64,000 nucleotides of DNA, from contig JBHGNT010000009.1 in NCBI GenBank assembly GCA_043228905.1, positions 2,232,001 to 2,296,000 of the forward strand, read 5' to 3'. A program made the position numbers and the translations under genes. The stretch is from Azolla caroliniana. Its lineage: Eukaryota; Plantae; Polypodiophyta. Below the pieces are notes generated by a model that saw nothing but the letters and a program-made list of their open reading frames with translations, was not told the origin of the DNA and made no database searches. Position 1 is the first letter of the stretch. The number at the start of each line of letters is the position of its first letter. Positions 13,625 through 25,370 of this stretch are shown here, piece after piece.

Positions 13625-13780
13625 TGACATTACATGTTATGAACATTATGAGTTTTTAGTCATGCCTTTTGGTTTGGCCAATGATCTAGTCATTTTCAAT
13701 AAGAAATGAAGGACATCTTCTGAGAACAACTTGGAAAATTTGTCATTATTTTCGTGGATGATATAATTCTAGTTTATCAC
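13625..13780 (+). pseudogene. Old Ty3/Gypsy reverse transcriptase remnant
   Basis: HYEFLVMPFGLAN...GKFVIIFVDDI with stops and frameshift. Confidence 0.8.
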
Positions 13781-13786
13781 CTCCAT

Positions 13787-14904
13787 TGTCGTGAAGATCC
13801 GTCACTACGCGCGGATCGTGAGGCGGAACCGCCGGGGTTCTGGACCAGAAGGATTTAGAGTCGATACAAGCTTTGGCGAGAAAGTACTTAAGATAGATTG
13901 GGAAAGAGAGAAGATGAGATTACACGATTGATTTCAAAACGAATTTCTTCCTCTTAATTTTCATAAAAAAAACCATGTTTTTCTCCTCCCCCTTCCCTCT
14001 TTTATAGATGCTCTCATGTATATGATGCATGTGAGGGTACAAGACATGCATAAATTGCATGTTTGCCATTTGGCGCTTAAGTATTACATGTGGTGCATGC
14101 TAACCATGTCACTCATTTTAGCACTCATGGATGAGAATTTACATGTAAAAGTACAATTATAGAAATATAATTTCAACTAAATACCATGGCTTAATGGTAA
14201 GTCATTTGACTCCTAACTTGGAGGTGCAAGGTTCGAATCCATACTTGCCCTCCTTGTATATGTAAATATGTATATATTTTTATATATTTATTTTATCTAG
14301 TCGCCGGTTCGCCGTATGCCATCGCCGAATACCGGTGCCGCCGCCAGATGCCGGTGCCGACGCCGGATGCCGCCGTCGTCACCGGGTGCCGCCGCCGGAT
14401 ACCGGTGCCGCCATCGTCGGATGCCGCCGTCGGATACCGGTGCCGCCGCCGGGTGCCGCTGCTGGATACCGACACCGACGCCGGATTGCGGTCGGATGCC
14501 GTCGGATCACCAGCTCCATCGCCGGTCCGGTTTTGGTTGGCCAAAACCCTTTTCGAGTAGCTATCCACCTCCACTCTAAGTTCAAGTTACCTTGAACTCT
14601 CTATGCTCCACACATAGACACAAAGATAATATCTTTTGCTCCACCTTATATATGATGAGAGCCGTATTTGTCGTGCCTATGTGGGATATCTCACAATTTT
14701 CTCTTTTCTTTTCACAAACTTTATACCCTCATATCTTGACATTTAGCTGTCCATTTCTCGTGTAATAAAGTGCATTCGAAACCTCCATCATTTTGTACTT
14801 AGATATTAAAAATGTTATCTTCACAATTATTGTATTACGTGATTCATACTCGATTTTGTATGTTTTATGGGATTTTCACACTATTGCCGAAAATCTTCAC
14901 GACA
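13787..14904 (-). mobile_element. 1118-bp Gypsy LTR containing a tRNA-like module (14184-14250) and a GC-rich tandem array (14300-14530)
   Basis: Perfect 12-bp terminal inverted repeat TGTCGTGAAGAT...ATCTTCACGACA. The ends resemble LTR 20500-21183. No TSD. Confidence 0.75.
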
Positions 14905-17900
14905 CTGTGCCGGTCGTTGTCGCCATCCAAGTCGTTTGGGTCCGGTTTAGCCTCATGCCGCTTTTTGAAATGCTTTGATCCTCTTCCCCGCCACTAGTAC
15001 CGGCATCCTTGTCCCGTCGAGCTCTGCGAGATGGTAGGTCCCGTTGTCATTGGCGCTCATCACCGCATAAGGCCTGAACCACCTTCTCGCAAACTTCCGT
15101 GTTGCTCGGTGCTATTTGTCGAGGTTGCTGTCATACACTAGAACCCAGTCGCCTTCCTCGATCTTCTTCGGTCTCAGTCGGTGAGTCCGGTCGAACCGTC
15201 CTTTGTTCTTTACCCTCGCCACCCGTAGCTTCTCCGCGGCGTGGTCCACGTCCTCCGGTCTTCGCTCCAGCTACCGAATCTGTGCCGCTAACAGGTCCTC
15301 CCGGCTCATCTTGTCTTTCCAGTCCACCGTCGCCCATGAGGAGATTGTCCGCTCCATTGGCATGAACGGCTTCTGCCCGTACATTAGCTCTGTCGGCATA
15401 ACCCGGTTACCGAACTGTACGTAGTTCGGTCCGCCCACAACGTGTAGGGTAAGACCCACGACCAGTTCCCGACTTGACCTCCACATGCCTGTACTAACGA
15501 TTTGACGATCCTCCTGTGTCCGCGTTCCACCTTCCCGTTAGCCTTCGGATTGTACGTCGTGGTGAGCGAAAGTTTAATTCCTAGCCGGTCAAACAGCTCT
15601 TCCGCCTCTTGCGCGTCCAATTCCCCGCGGTCGGCCACGATCTTACCTACGCACCCATACCGGCATACCACATCTTCGATCAGAAATCGGCACACGGCTG
15701 TGGTCGTTTTGCTCTGCAACGCTCGACCTTCCACCTGGTTCGTCAGGTCCTCTTAAGCCAGCACCAGATACTGCATCTGCCCTACCCCCATCGGCATTGT
15801 CACAAGATCCACCATCCATTTGAAGTGGACGGTCGGAGGGTAGGTCGGGTGAAGCTCGTCCCGATGTCGGACTATGGAGTGCACCTGACAACTTTCGCAA
15901 GTCGTCACGAACCGATGCATGTCCCGGTATAGCCCCAGCCACCAGTACTTCCCCTTTAGCTTCTCGAATGTGGCCCACGTCCCGCGGTGTCCGGCCCAGG
16001 GACTCTCGTGGTACGCCGTCAACAATTCTTCCTGTTCCTCTTTCTTCGCCACCACTTAGAGCGGGATGTCGTTTCTCTTTTTTGGGTGCTTCCATATGCT
16101 CCCGTCCCGTAGGAAGAATCGATACGCTTTCTTCCGAAACCGGTTGGCCTCTTCCTTCATCCATGCCACATCCAGTGTCATTGTCTTCAGGAACCTCCCC
16201 GTTGTACTTGTTCTCGTCGAATTCGTTAAGCGCCGGAGTGCTCCACTTTCTTGTTGTTACGTTAGCTGATCCGAAGAAGTCCTCGCCGACTTCTTCATTA
16301 TCTGAAACCATGTCGTCCTCGTCGTTGAACCTTGCCCTTGAAAGCATATCGGCCATGGCGTTATCGTTTCCGGAGATGTGCCGTATCTCCGGGTTTATGG
16401 ACTTGATGTACGCGATCCACCTGAGCATCGCCAGGTCCGGACTTGCGCATCCGGAACCATACCCAGAATCGGTAGGCAGTCTGTCTCGATGATCATGTCC
16501 GTCCCGATCAGATAGTTCTTGTCGGCCTTAACTGCCGAAACGATACCCCATAGCTCGCGCTTGATTTGGGCGTATCCTCACTGCCGCTCGCTGAATACCT
16601 TTGCCCCGAACCGGATCGGGAACTGTACGCCGTCTTCGTCTTCCTGATTGATCACCCACCCGATCTCGGTCGGGCTCGTGTCCATCGTTACGTAAATGGG
16701 GACTTCCTTACCGTAAACCGCTTTTCGGAGAGCCGGTGCCGCGGCGAGAGCCTCCTTCAGTCTCTGGACCGACTCCGTGTGCTCATCTCTCCACTCGAAT
16801 TTTCGCCCTTTCTTCAGCAACCCGTAAAGCGGTTCCACGACATGCGCATAGTGCAGAATCTAGATGTGATAGAATGCACATACCCCAAGGATCCTTCGCA
16901 CCTCGGTGACCATCCCGCAATCATCCTTCATTGCGGAGATGGCTTCTACCTTTGCCGGTGACGGCTTTCGGCCAAAAGGCCCGCACAGGTGTCCGACTAC
17001 CAGGATCTCCGGTTATCCGAAGGCTGACTTCTCTCGTGAGAAGGTGAGCCGCGCGCTCTCAAGTCTTTGTAGCACCTTCTCACAGTCGCGGATGTGATAC
17101 GTTACGAACCTCCAACAACCGTCGGCCCTGATCGACTCGTCCTTGTCCTCCACCGAACCCCCTTTGATCGGGATGTCATCCAGAAACGGCATGGTGATGT
17201 ATGGGATGTAGTCCCTCAACACCTTGTTCATCGCATTCACCATGTGCGCTACCGAGTTCCATCCTCCTTGCGGCAGGGTACACATCCGAACTAGGTCGAG
17301 AGGAGTCCACATCATTGTGACATCCCTGCTCTCTACGGCTAGTTGGAACTGATCGTACCCTTAGTACACGTCCCCAACCAAGTAGATCGACCTCCCTGCG
17401 AAGGCCTCCGCGAACTCATCGATGGTCGGTCCGATACCTGTGTTTCGAATGGTCACCTTGTTGACCGGTTGCAGAACTTGTATGAAGCGCAGTGTGTCGT
17501 TCTTCTTCGGCACAGTAAACCACCGATTCGAATATGGGGCACTCGATGGTTCGAGGATGCCCATCTCCACCTTCTGTTTCAGAAGCTCCATCAGCTTCGG
17601 GATGTGAGCTCTGGGTACCGGAATCGGTTTGAGATTCCACGGCACATGCGATACCGTGAATATAACCATTGGTTCCACAACTTTCGGGTCTACGCACCCG
17701 ATCTCCTCCGGTGAGAATGTGAAAGCCTTCCCATGCCTCCCGAGCATTCTCCGAAACCGGTCCTCTTCCTCCGGCAGTAGAAAACCACCCCCACCGATCT
17801 TGAGCTCTCGTAGCATTATGTTGGTGAATGTGTGTCCTATGTTGGCCGGATCTCGTAAACTTGGGTCCGATGCGACCCCCTTTATCCGTAACTCGTTGTC

Positions 17901-20900
17901 CTCCGGCAAGGGTGCCGCGACTGGCCTTACCTTCCAGTCCACAGTCTTGTACTTCGTATCCACTCGGGCCGTCTGATCCGACTCGAGTCCACTACCGAAG
18001 TCAGCGATGACTTCGTACATCCCTTTTGAACATAACGGAATCGTCCGGTCCTCATTAAGGCCTTCTTTGAACACCTCCCGTAACTTTCCCAAGGTGTCGT
18101 CGAAAGAAACCGCTTCCATGACTCCATTGATTTCCTCTTCAGGGCCGAGGACTCCCCATCGCTCCTCCACCCACTTCTTTTCCCGGCCAACTACGCCGGC
18201 TATTGTACAACCTCCGCTATCGGAGAACCAAAATGTTCTACCTATGGTACAAGTCTTTTCTCCTATAATACATCTGTGGGGTTTTTCCGGGGTGTCCAAA
18301 CTATAGCGGCCCCACACCTTGATAGCCCTCTCTAAAAATCGCCTCGGTTTCCGACACCGAGGGTCTCGCGGTTACGCTCATGGTTCGGTCGCACCGTTAG
18401 GAACTGGACCAAGTGACGCCCATCCTGGCTCTTGACTCGTGCATATGCTGAACCTTTGTCCAGCACCTTTGTCTCCATGCGCACCGCTGTGATGTACGAT
18501 TCTCCGAGTATCACTGGATGCGAGGACTTCTCTTCCACGAAGAAGTGTTGGTCGATCTCGACATCGCCGATTTTCACTCGCACATTCGGGCAAGCTCTGT
18601 GTAGCTCCTCCGTGGCGCGCGTTGCTGCCCGTATTTTCCACCCATGCTTGGTGTTGATCGGCCACTTTCCCTTCTTGTAGAAGTCCATGGACATCAAGTT
18701 GATCTCTGAACCGTGGTCTACCAACGCTACCACTGGATCTTGAATGTCCCCAATCTGAACAGGGGTTTCCGTAGTGGCCCTAGCCCAATGTAGCCTCGAG
18801 TAGTGACTTTCTGCCAATTCATCCTCCAGGGCCATGTCTTGTAGGTGCGTCATTCGCACCTGCACCGGCTTCTCCAGCTCCGGCTCCGTTGAAAGCCTTT
18901 TCCGCTTCACCAAGTCTACAATGGAGTCGTGGAACTCCTTCTTGGCAATACTGAGCACTTCCCTCAGTGACAACTCCACTTTGCTATCGAGGATTTGTTC
19001 CTCTAGGACCTTTCGTAGGTCTGTGGTCCTTTCAATCTCCGTGCTCAACCGATAACTTGCCTTCTGGGCCTTGTCCGGTGCGCCGGATGCACCTACATCA
19101 CTCTCCTTCGGCCCGAACCAGGTCTCATACCGTTGTGAGGGTCCGGCCCCCCCGGTCTTTTCCGCTCGCTTGTCTTCCACCAGAACCTCGTAGTTCTGGC
19201 ACGCGGCTTCCACGAAGCCCGTCTTCTCTTCAACCGGGTCACTCCACCCGATTACCTCCCGGACCCGTCTTTCTGTGCGGTTCGCTTCCTCTTTCTTCAG
19301 CCTTACGCCAGCGAGGCCTTCCAGCATCACCGGCCAGAATCCGGCTTCCTTCGTCTTCCGGTCTTCATCGCTTCCGACCCGGATTCCAGCCGATGCCGAG
19401 TAGTGGACGGGCTCCGCGTGATGAGTCGTCGCTTCTTCCATCAACCGTTTCATACCCCCTCGTCTGACAATCAGATCCAGAGCCCTCCGGGTCTCGCTAG
19501 CGTGCACCCGACCGTTCCATAGGTACACCACGTTAGCCCTCATTGCTTCGGCGAAGTCCCCGCAGTCCTTTCGGGCGTGGCCGACCGCGTCGCACCACAA
19601 GCACCGGCTCCCAGCCGTAGGCCTTCGGACTTCTTCGTCGCCGTCCCTCCTCGCTTGCGCGATCTGGAGGTCCAGCACCATCTGAGTCAGCTCCTCCAGA
19701 GCCGCTCCTCCGGACAAGCCTTTGACCATGCCGGTCGAAGTCGAACTGGTCTCGAGCTAGTCTTGGGTTTCTTCCCTTCACGCCGGTGGGGGTACCTCGA
19801 CCTTCCTTGTTGCAACAGAACCCACCCCCGCCAAGCCTTTATCGACCCACTCACGCTGTTTGTCAAAACGGCCGCAGACTCTCTTTACCACGGCCTAGTC
19901 CGTTGTTAGGCTGTCATCGGTCTCCACCAGGAAGCCCACTTGCTCCCGGTTCCTTGCGTCCACTGATTTAACGAACAATAGGACACAACTTGTGTCCAGC
20001 ACGGTCCGGTCCATTGCCAAAAGTCGTGCGAAGCGTTTTTCGAACTCCCGAAGGAGCACCGACGCGTTTCTCCCCTTTTCGGGGGTCTCCACCCATTCCA
20101 TGAAGTCTCGCTTCGACAGCCGAAGAGTGTCATCAAGTCCGTATTTTTCAAGGATCCGACCTTCAAACTCTTCCCAGGTCCAACTCTTAGCCCGTACCTC
20201 AAGCACCTCCGCGTGGATGCCCGGCATCGCCACCCAAGGGAATCTAGTCAGTCGCCTGTCCTCCGGGATGTCCCTCATCACCAATTTGGCTCGATAGGCC
20301 TCCAAATAGCTCGTGGCATCCTTCCCACCGAATCGGCCTATCGTGCCAACGACCGCTTCAATAGCCCTATCGAGGGCGCCTATGCCTTCACGCACACTCA
20401 CTATCCGATCCACAGCCGAAACCATGGCTTCTGCAAGATCCGACCCTGTTATCTTTCTATTCCTCTGCCGCCTGTTTCACGTTGGGTTCACCAAATAGAT
20501 GTCACGTTGTTACGCGCATGTGTGGAGAACGAGGCGGGACCACCAGGGGCTCGGACCGAGAAATAACCGAATGAGGGAAGGGGGAGGAAACTAACGAAGG
20601 AATTCACACGCACACGGACCCACAGAATCACAGGAATTGCAACTAGCTACAGAACGTGAGATGGAGACAGAACAAATGTTTATGTATATATAAATCAAGG
20701 TGTTACAACCGGCGAGCCGGCGAGTGATGGGCTCGGATGCCGGCGCGCACGCACCCACACACACACACAGAACGCGAGATGGAGACACTGCCGAGAGCAC
20801 TCAGGCGTCCCGCGGAGTAGAGTCAGTCTCCCGAAAACCTACACAGAACGATTATGGAGACGACAGAGGATAGGAGAAGCGCTCTGTTCCTGTATGGCAA

Positions 20901-21183
20901 CACTTCGTCATCCACAAAACGCGATACTTTTTCAATACCTCTCCCTCTCTTTTATAGCCCAAGGAGGGAGGTCGTTACTACCAGTTACATCACATTTATT
21001 CCCTGTCCTTTCGGACAGGGATACGCCTCGATTTTCTCCCTACTGAATGCGATCTACCTAGGATCTCACCTCAACCTCCTTGTACCTATCTACGCACTAC
21101 ACAACAAACTTGTGCCCACGTGTAAGGGCCGGTTTACGCACGTTATACACGGTTTCCGCCTAGGGACAATTTTCTCCACGACA
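14905..21183 (-). mobile_element. Decayed Ty3/Gypsy retrotransposon: 5' LTR 20500-21183, tRNA-Trp PBS 20476-20493, gag-PR 20425-18332, RT-RH-INT 18317-~14950; 3' end truncated
   Basis: Gag zinc knuckle CLWCDAVGHARKDC, protease LVDHGSEINLM, RT LPQG...PFLDDI, RNase H MDTSP...RFGAKV...NAMADMLSR, integrase HHCC (H..PWAGH...CESC) and ADRGE...NGKVE. Multiple stops and frameshifts. Confidence 0.92.
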
Positions 21184-23372
21184 ACATTCATTTCTTTTAG
21201 GTTAATGAGTTTTCGAAATTTCGTAGGTGCCCTTGATTTTTTTAAATTCTATCATGTACCCTCATGTTTTAAAATTTTGTTGGTCTACACTCATGTTTCC
21301 GAAATTCTTCGAATACCCCTATGTTTTTTTTTTCTTTTTTCCTTCTCTTTTCAATTTTATTTTAGGTTTTTTTTTTTCTTCCTTCTTCTGCGCTTTCTTG
21401 CATCTTCATCTCCTCCTTTGGTTCCTTTTCCTCTTCGGTGTTGTTTCTGATTTTCTTCTTCTTCTTCTCGCGTGCTTTCTTCTTCCTTCTGCCACTTCTT
21501 CTTTTTCTTCTCTGTTATGGTACCACTGCTTCTCTTTCCTCTTTGTTTCATCGTTTCTCTTCTTTCTTTTCTTTGCGATTTATTCTTGTTCGATGTCTTC
21601 TGCAAATCTTCTCTCTTTCTTCCTTTGTTTCTTCCACTTCTTCCTGTTCTGTTTTGGCGTTTCGGAGTAGGGAGGAAACGCGACCTTCACTCTCCCTTTG
21701 CTTGCACGTCATCTCCTTCTTTGTGCTGCCGCCGCCGTTTACGCCGTTTCGGTTGTCCTCTCTGTCCGGTCCTTCTGCTTGCTACCGCATCATCCGGCCG
21801 CTCCGGTCGATGATGTTCAGCCCGTCCGTTCTTCCCGGCTGTCTACCTGTGTCTCCGACTCCGTCCGGTCAGTCAGGCAGATCTGGCCGTTATTGTCTGT
21901 CCAGCCCTCTAGCCACTGTTCGGCTGTCCGACCCGTCGTTTCAACGTCATCGCCGTTCCGGCCATCGGCTGTCCGGCCATTCTTATCGCTTTTCAGTGTG
22001 GTGCCGCCATTCCGGTTGCTATCCAGCCACTTCTCGGGCTGCTCCGACTGTTGTCCGGTTGCACTTCAGCAATTGTGCTCTTCAACCATTAGCTAGCCAT
22101 TCTGACCGCTCTCCGGCCGCACTTGTTCGATCACTCTCCGGCCTATCCGACCGCTCGAACTGCCGTCGTCGCTCCAGCCCCTATCCGACCGTTTGGATGT
22201 TGTTCGACCACTCCGGCCACTTCTTGGCCGTTGGTATGTGGCCACCGTCGTTCGATCATCGTCCCGGCCTCGTCCCGGCGGTGTCTTTTCAGTCTGTCGT
22301 GTTTTTCCAACCGTCTCTGTCTACTTTTTGGCCGGTCTTTGGCCGTCGGCTGTTCTTGGCTGCTGTCTGTCGCTTGGTCCGGCTATCTGTCTCTAACCAT
22401 ATCTTTCCGGTCCTTCGTTCATTCTTCCGTCCATCCGTTCGGCCTTTTCCGACCATCAAGTCGTTCTTCAGGGGTCTTTGTCTCCTCGCATATATGTCGC
22501 TGTCGACCTTGTCCGACTGTCTTCGTTCATCCCGACCGTCGTCCCTGGTCATTTCTGTTGTTATTCGGCACGAACGGCCATGTCTTTCCAGCTGTCCGGT
22601 TGTCGTCTTGCTCATCTTCGGTCCGGCCATCGTTGTTGTCGATCTCTGTCATTTCGGTTGTCGCTATGATTGGTTTTTTTTTTTCCCATTATCATGGACA
22701 TTTCCAACACATTGTGGTCACCATTTCTTGCACATTACCAATTCGATTTGCTACTCATCATAAATTCGATTTCTCGCACATCATCATCAACATTATCGCA
22801 CATTTCGTCGTTGTTGTCTCTGCCATGTATTAGTCTTCGACTTCGTCTCTAAAGGGGGGTCACTTTAGTGGCCGCCAAAAGGTGTTGTAGGTTTTAGGGT
22901 TAGGGTTAACATTTATGATAATCATGATGATTGATGATAAAAATAGACATGGTGGGTGTGATGATGATGGATAGTATGATGGTGAGAGAGATCATGACGA
23001 TCTTGACAAGTGATTGAGAAGCATTACGGGGTGGGGGGTGGTGCCTAGAATGGCTCCACCCCCCTCCCAAGGGGGTTCAACGTAAGGGGGAAGAGAGAGA
23101 GAGAGAAAGAGATGACAAGAGAAAGATTGAGAGAGAAATGGTTATTGTTCCATTCATTCATTACCCATAAGGGGTTAAATAGGTACAAAGGGGTAGATCC
23201 ACAAGGGTGTAAGCCCCTTGGGCATTCACACCTAGTCACTCACTCACACCTCTTTGTATCCACCACACTCACACTCATAATCGTATAAGATTACATATAC
23301 ATATCAACACATTACACCTTTCACCCTCACTTATCACACTTATCCATCACACGTACGTCTTGTACGGTAACA
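21184..23372 (-). mobile_element. Second copy of the Arg-primed Gypsy family: 5' LTR 22883-23372, PBS ~22868-22877, long non-coding internal region interrupted by the Trp-primed element
   Basis: TGTT...AACA termini. The block ggtgcctagaatggctccacc...tcccaagggggttcaacgt is shared with 12621-12663. Minus strand TGGCGGCCAC lies beside the LTR. Confidence 0.7.
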
Positions 23373-23373
23373 C

Positions 23374-23622
23374 ATGTCTATCGGTAAGTGTGCTGAGTTA
23401 GCCCCATGGTATTGTGGACTTTTCATAGTTCTCAAATGTATTGGTTCATCGACTTATCATCTCGCTCTTCCTAATGGTATCGAAATCCATCCAGTTTTTC
23501 ATTTAGGTGATCTAAAAGAACTTCTTGGTTCTTGCGATAATACACTTCAAACTGAAACTCTAGTTACTTTTGAAGATTTAGCTTCTAAACCATATGTACC
23601 AAAGAAAATTATTGTCAAATAA
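23374..23622 (+). pseudogene. Ty3/Gypsy integrase C-terminal (GPY/F module) remnant, probably the continuation of the RT remnant at 13.6-13.8 kb
   Basis: ELAPWYCGLFIVLKCIGSSTYHLALPNGIEIHPVFH matches KLxPRYxGPFxIxxxIGxxAYxLxLP...IHPVFH. Confidence 0.8.
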
Positions 23623-24034
23623 ACTTGCCTAACTGACAACTTTCACGTAAGTATTGTTGGCTTACTTGGAGACCATCTTTATTTGAGAGATTGATGTCAT
23701 TGATTTTGTTAAGTTTGTCGAAATTGACATCATGGTTGAACTAGTTATGCCATTGTATGCTTCCTTCTTTAGTTGCAACATTTGCTGAATGACGATGAAT
23801 GTTTATCTCTAATCTATATCATTCGTGCTCTTCCTTTGCTTCAAAGAGAAGTATGTCTCTCCTCTCCATAATTTTCAGAATCCTTTTGAGAAAACAACCT
23901 TTATACTGTGAAATGCTCAAGATGTGAAATGCTCTCAAGAATAGCCTTCCTTTCATTATGTCTCAAGTTACATTTTATAGACTCTCTCTTAGCGTGGAGG
24001 GTGTTCTCCCGCTCCAATTAGCTCTACTAATTAT

Positions 24035-24155
24035 GGGGCTTGGTGGGGGCCTAGTTTGGGTGTGGTGCATGAGGCTTGGTAGGGGCCTAATTTGGGTGTG
24101 GTCTATGTGTGGTGCATGGGGCTTGGTAGGGGCCTAATCTAGGTGTGGTGCATGT
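24035..24155 (+). repeat. 3 tandem copies of a ~36-bp G-rich minisatellite
   Basis: ggcttggt(a/g)ggggccta.t.tgggtgtggtgcatg occurs three times. Confidence 0.85.
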
Positions 24156-25194
24156 GACCACCACAATACAACAATGTGTAATGCATCAAAAAACAATAAG
24201 TTTTTCTTTATGGTTTGGAAATCAATAAAAAAGAAAGAGGGAAGTTGTGAGGAAGTTTCCTATCTCGAGGTTTTTTTATTTTGTCAAACAGGATTTTGGC
24301 CATTGGCCAACCTTCGTCTTAGGCTACAGTGAGGTGTCTTTGGCCATTTATATAATGCAACCTTCGTCTTACTGTAACCTAAGAGACGCCGGCAATTAGG
24401 GTTCTGTTTTTACATCGTCGTGCAGAAGCTCTCTGCATCACCAAGAAGGTAAACCTTTCTCCATCTTCCTCTTCTCTTTCTTCTTCTTCTTCTTCTTCTT
24501 CTTCTGCATCAACGACGAGACTTAGATCGCGAGTTAGAAATAATAATAAAAAAGCTTGGGCTTGGAAAGTGGTTGTTTTATTAGCGTTTAATAGAGATCT
24601 ATGGTAGCAACGTAGAGATCTGTGGAGAAGCTTTGTGTCAAATCAAACTGAAGGTACTACTACTAGCATTTCTCCATCCTTCTCTTCTTCTCTGCCTCCT
24701 CCTCCTCCGACTCCTCCTCCTCCTCCCTTCCTTCCCCTCCTCTTCGGCTTAGCGTTTCTCCTCCTACAATTAATGTATTTTTCCATTCAATTCATGAGCG
24801 AACATATTTCTCCGTCCTATCATGTCATATAATTCTTTCAAACTCGTTCCTAGAATTCCTTTTATTATGTCATATATAATTCTTCATCTCTAACGCTGGG
24901 AGATGTAAATCCTCTACCTTGTCTGTTTCCCTTCTCTTTTCTTTTCTGAAGCACCTTTTTGCCGTGGATGATGATGCTTACATCCCAACATTAAGGGGTG
25001 TGCATAAATCATAAATCATAAATCATAGCCCTCAATTAGCTTTTCTTTCTCCCTTTCCTTTTTCGTCCAAGTTGCATAAAGGTATAAAAGGGCGGTTTAT
25101 GAACACCAAAAAAGAAGGCAGAACCGTGCCTTGCAAATGCTCTCTCTGTGCATCCAGTAGTGAATCCCCCTTCTAGTTCATATAGGCATATCTT

Positions 25195-25370
25195 CTACTA
25201 CCATACCAAGTTAGAAATTAACATAGCCATACCATATCATATTATACCATACCATATACCATACTACCATACCCATAGCTCATCTCTTCTTATTGCAGAA
25301 AACTTCATTCGCAGGTATGGTAGTATGGTAGGTATGGTATATGGTATGGTAGGTATGGTATATGGTATGC
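25195..25370. repeat. Fold-back of (ATACC)n / (GGTAT)n arms, MITE-like
   Basis: ataccataccatataccatactaccatacc is opposed to ggtatggtagtatggtaggtatggtatatggtatgg. Confidence 0.7.

Noticed and set aside
14184-14250. Functional tRNA genes (also 8979-9048, 57744-57809, 63178-63242)
   Set aside because: Acceptor and anticodon stems do not pair fully. Treated as tRNA-derived modules.
15968-20566. Numerous plus-strand ORFs over the Gypsy element
   Set aside because: Antisense shadows of GC-rich gag-pol coding sequence.
21438-22763. 441-aa plus-strand ORF, plus overlapping ORFs and 11715-12293
   Set aside because: A-poor, C/T-rich low-complexity strand of a retroelement leader. Stop codons are depleted by composition and there are no domain motifs.
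4846-24342. Shared 14-mer gtgaggtgtctttg at 4846 and 24329
   Set aside because: A few 14-nt matches are expected by chance in 64 kb and there is no flanking similarity.
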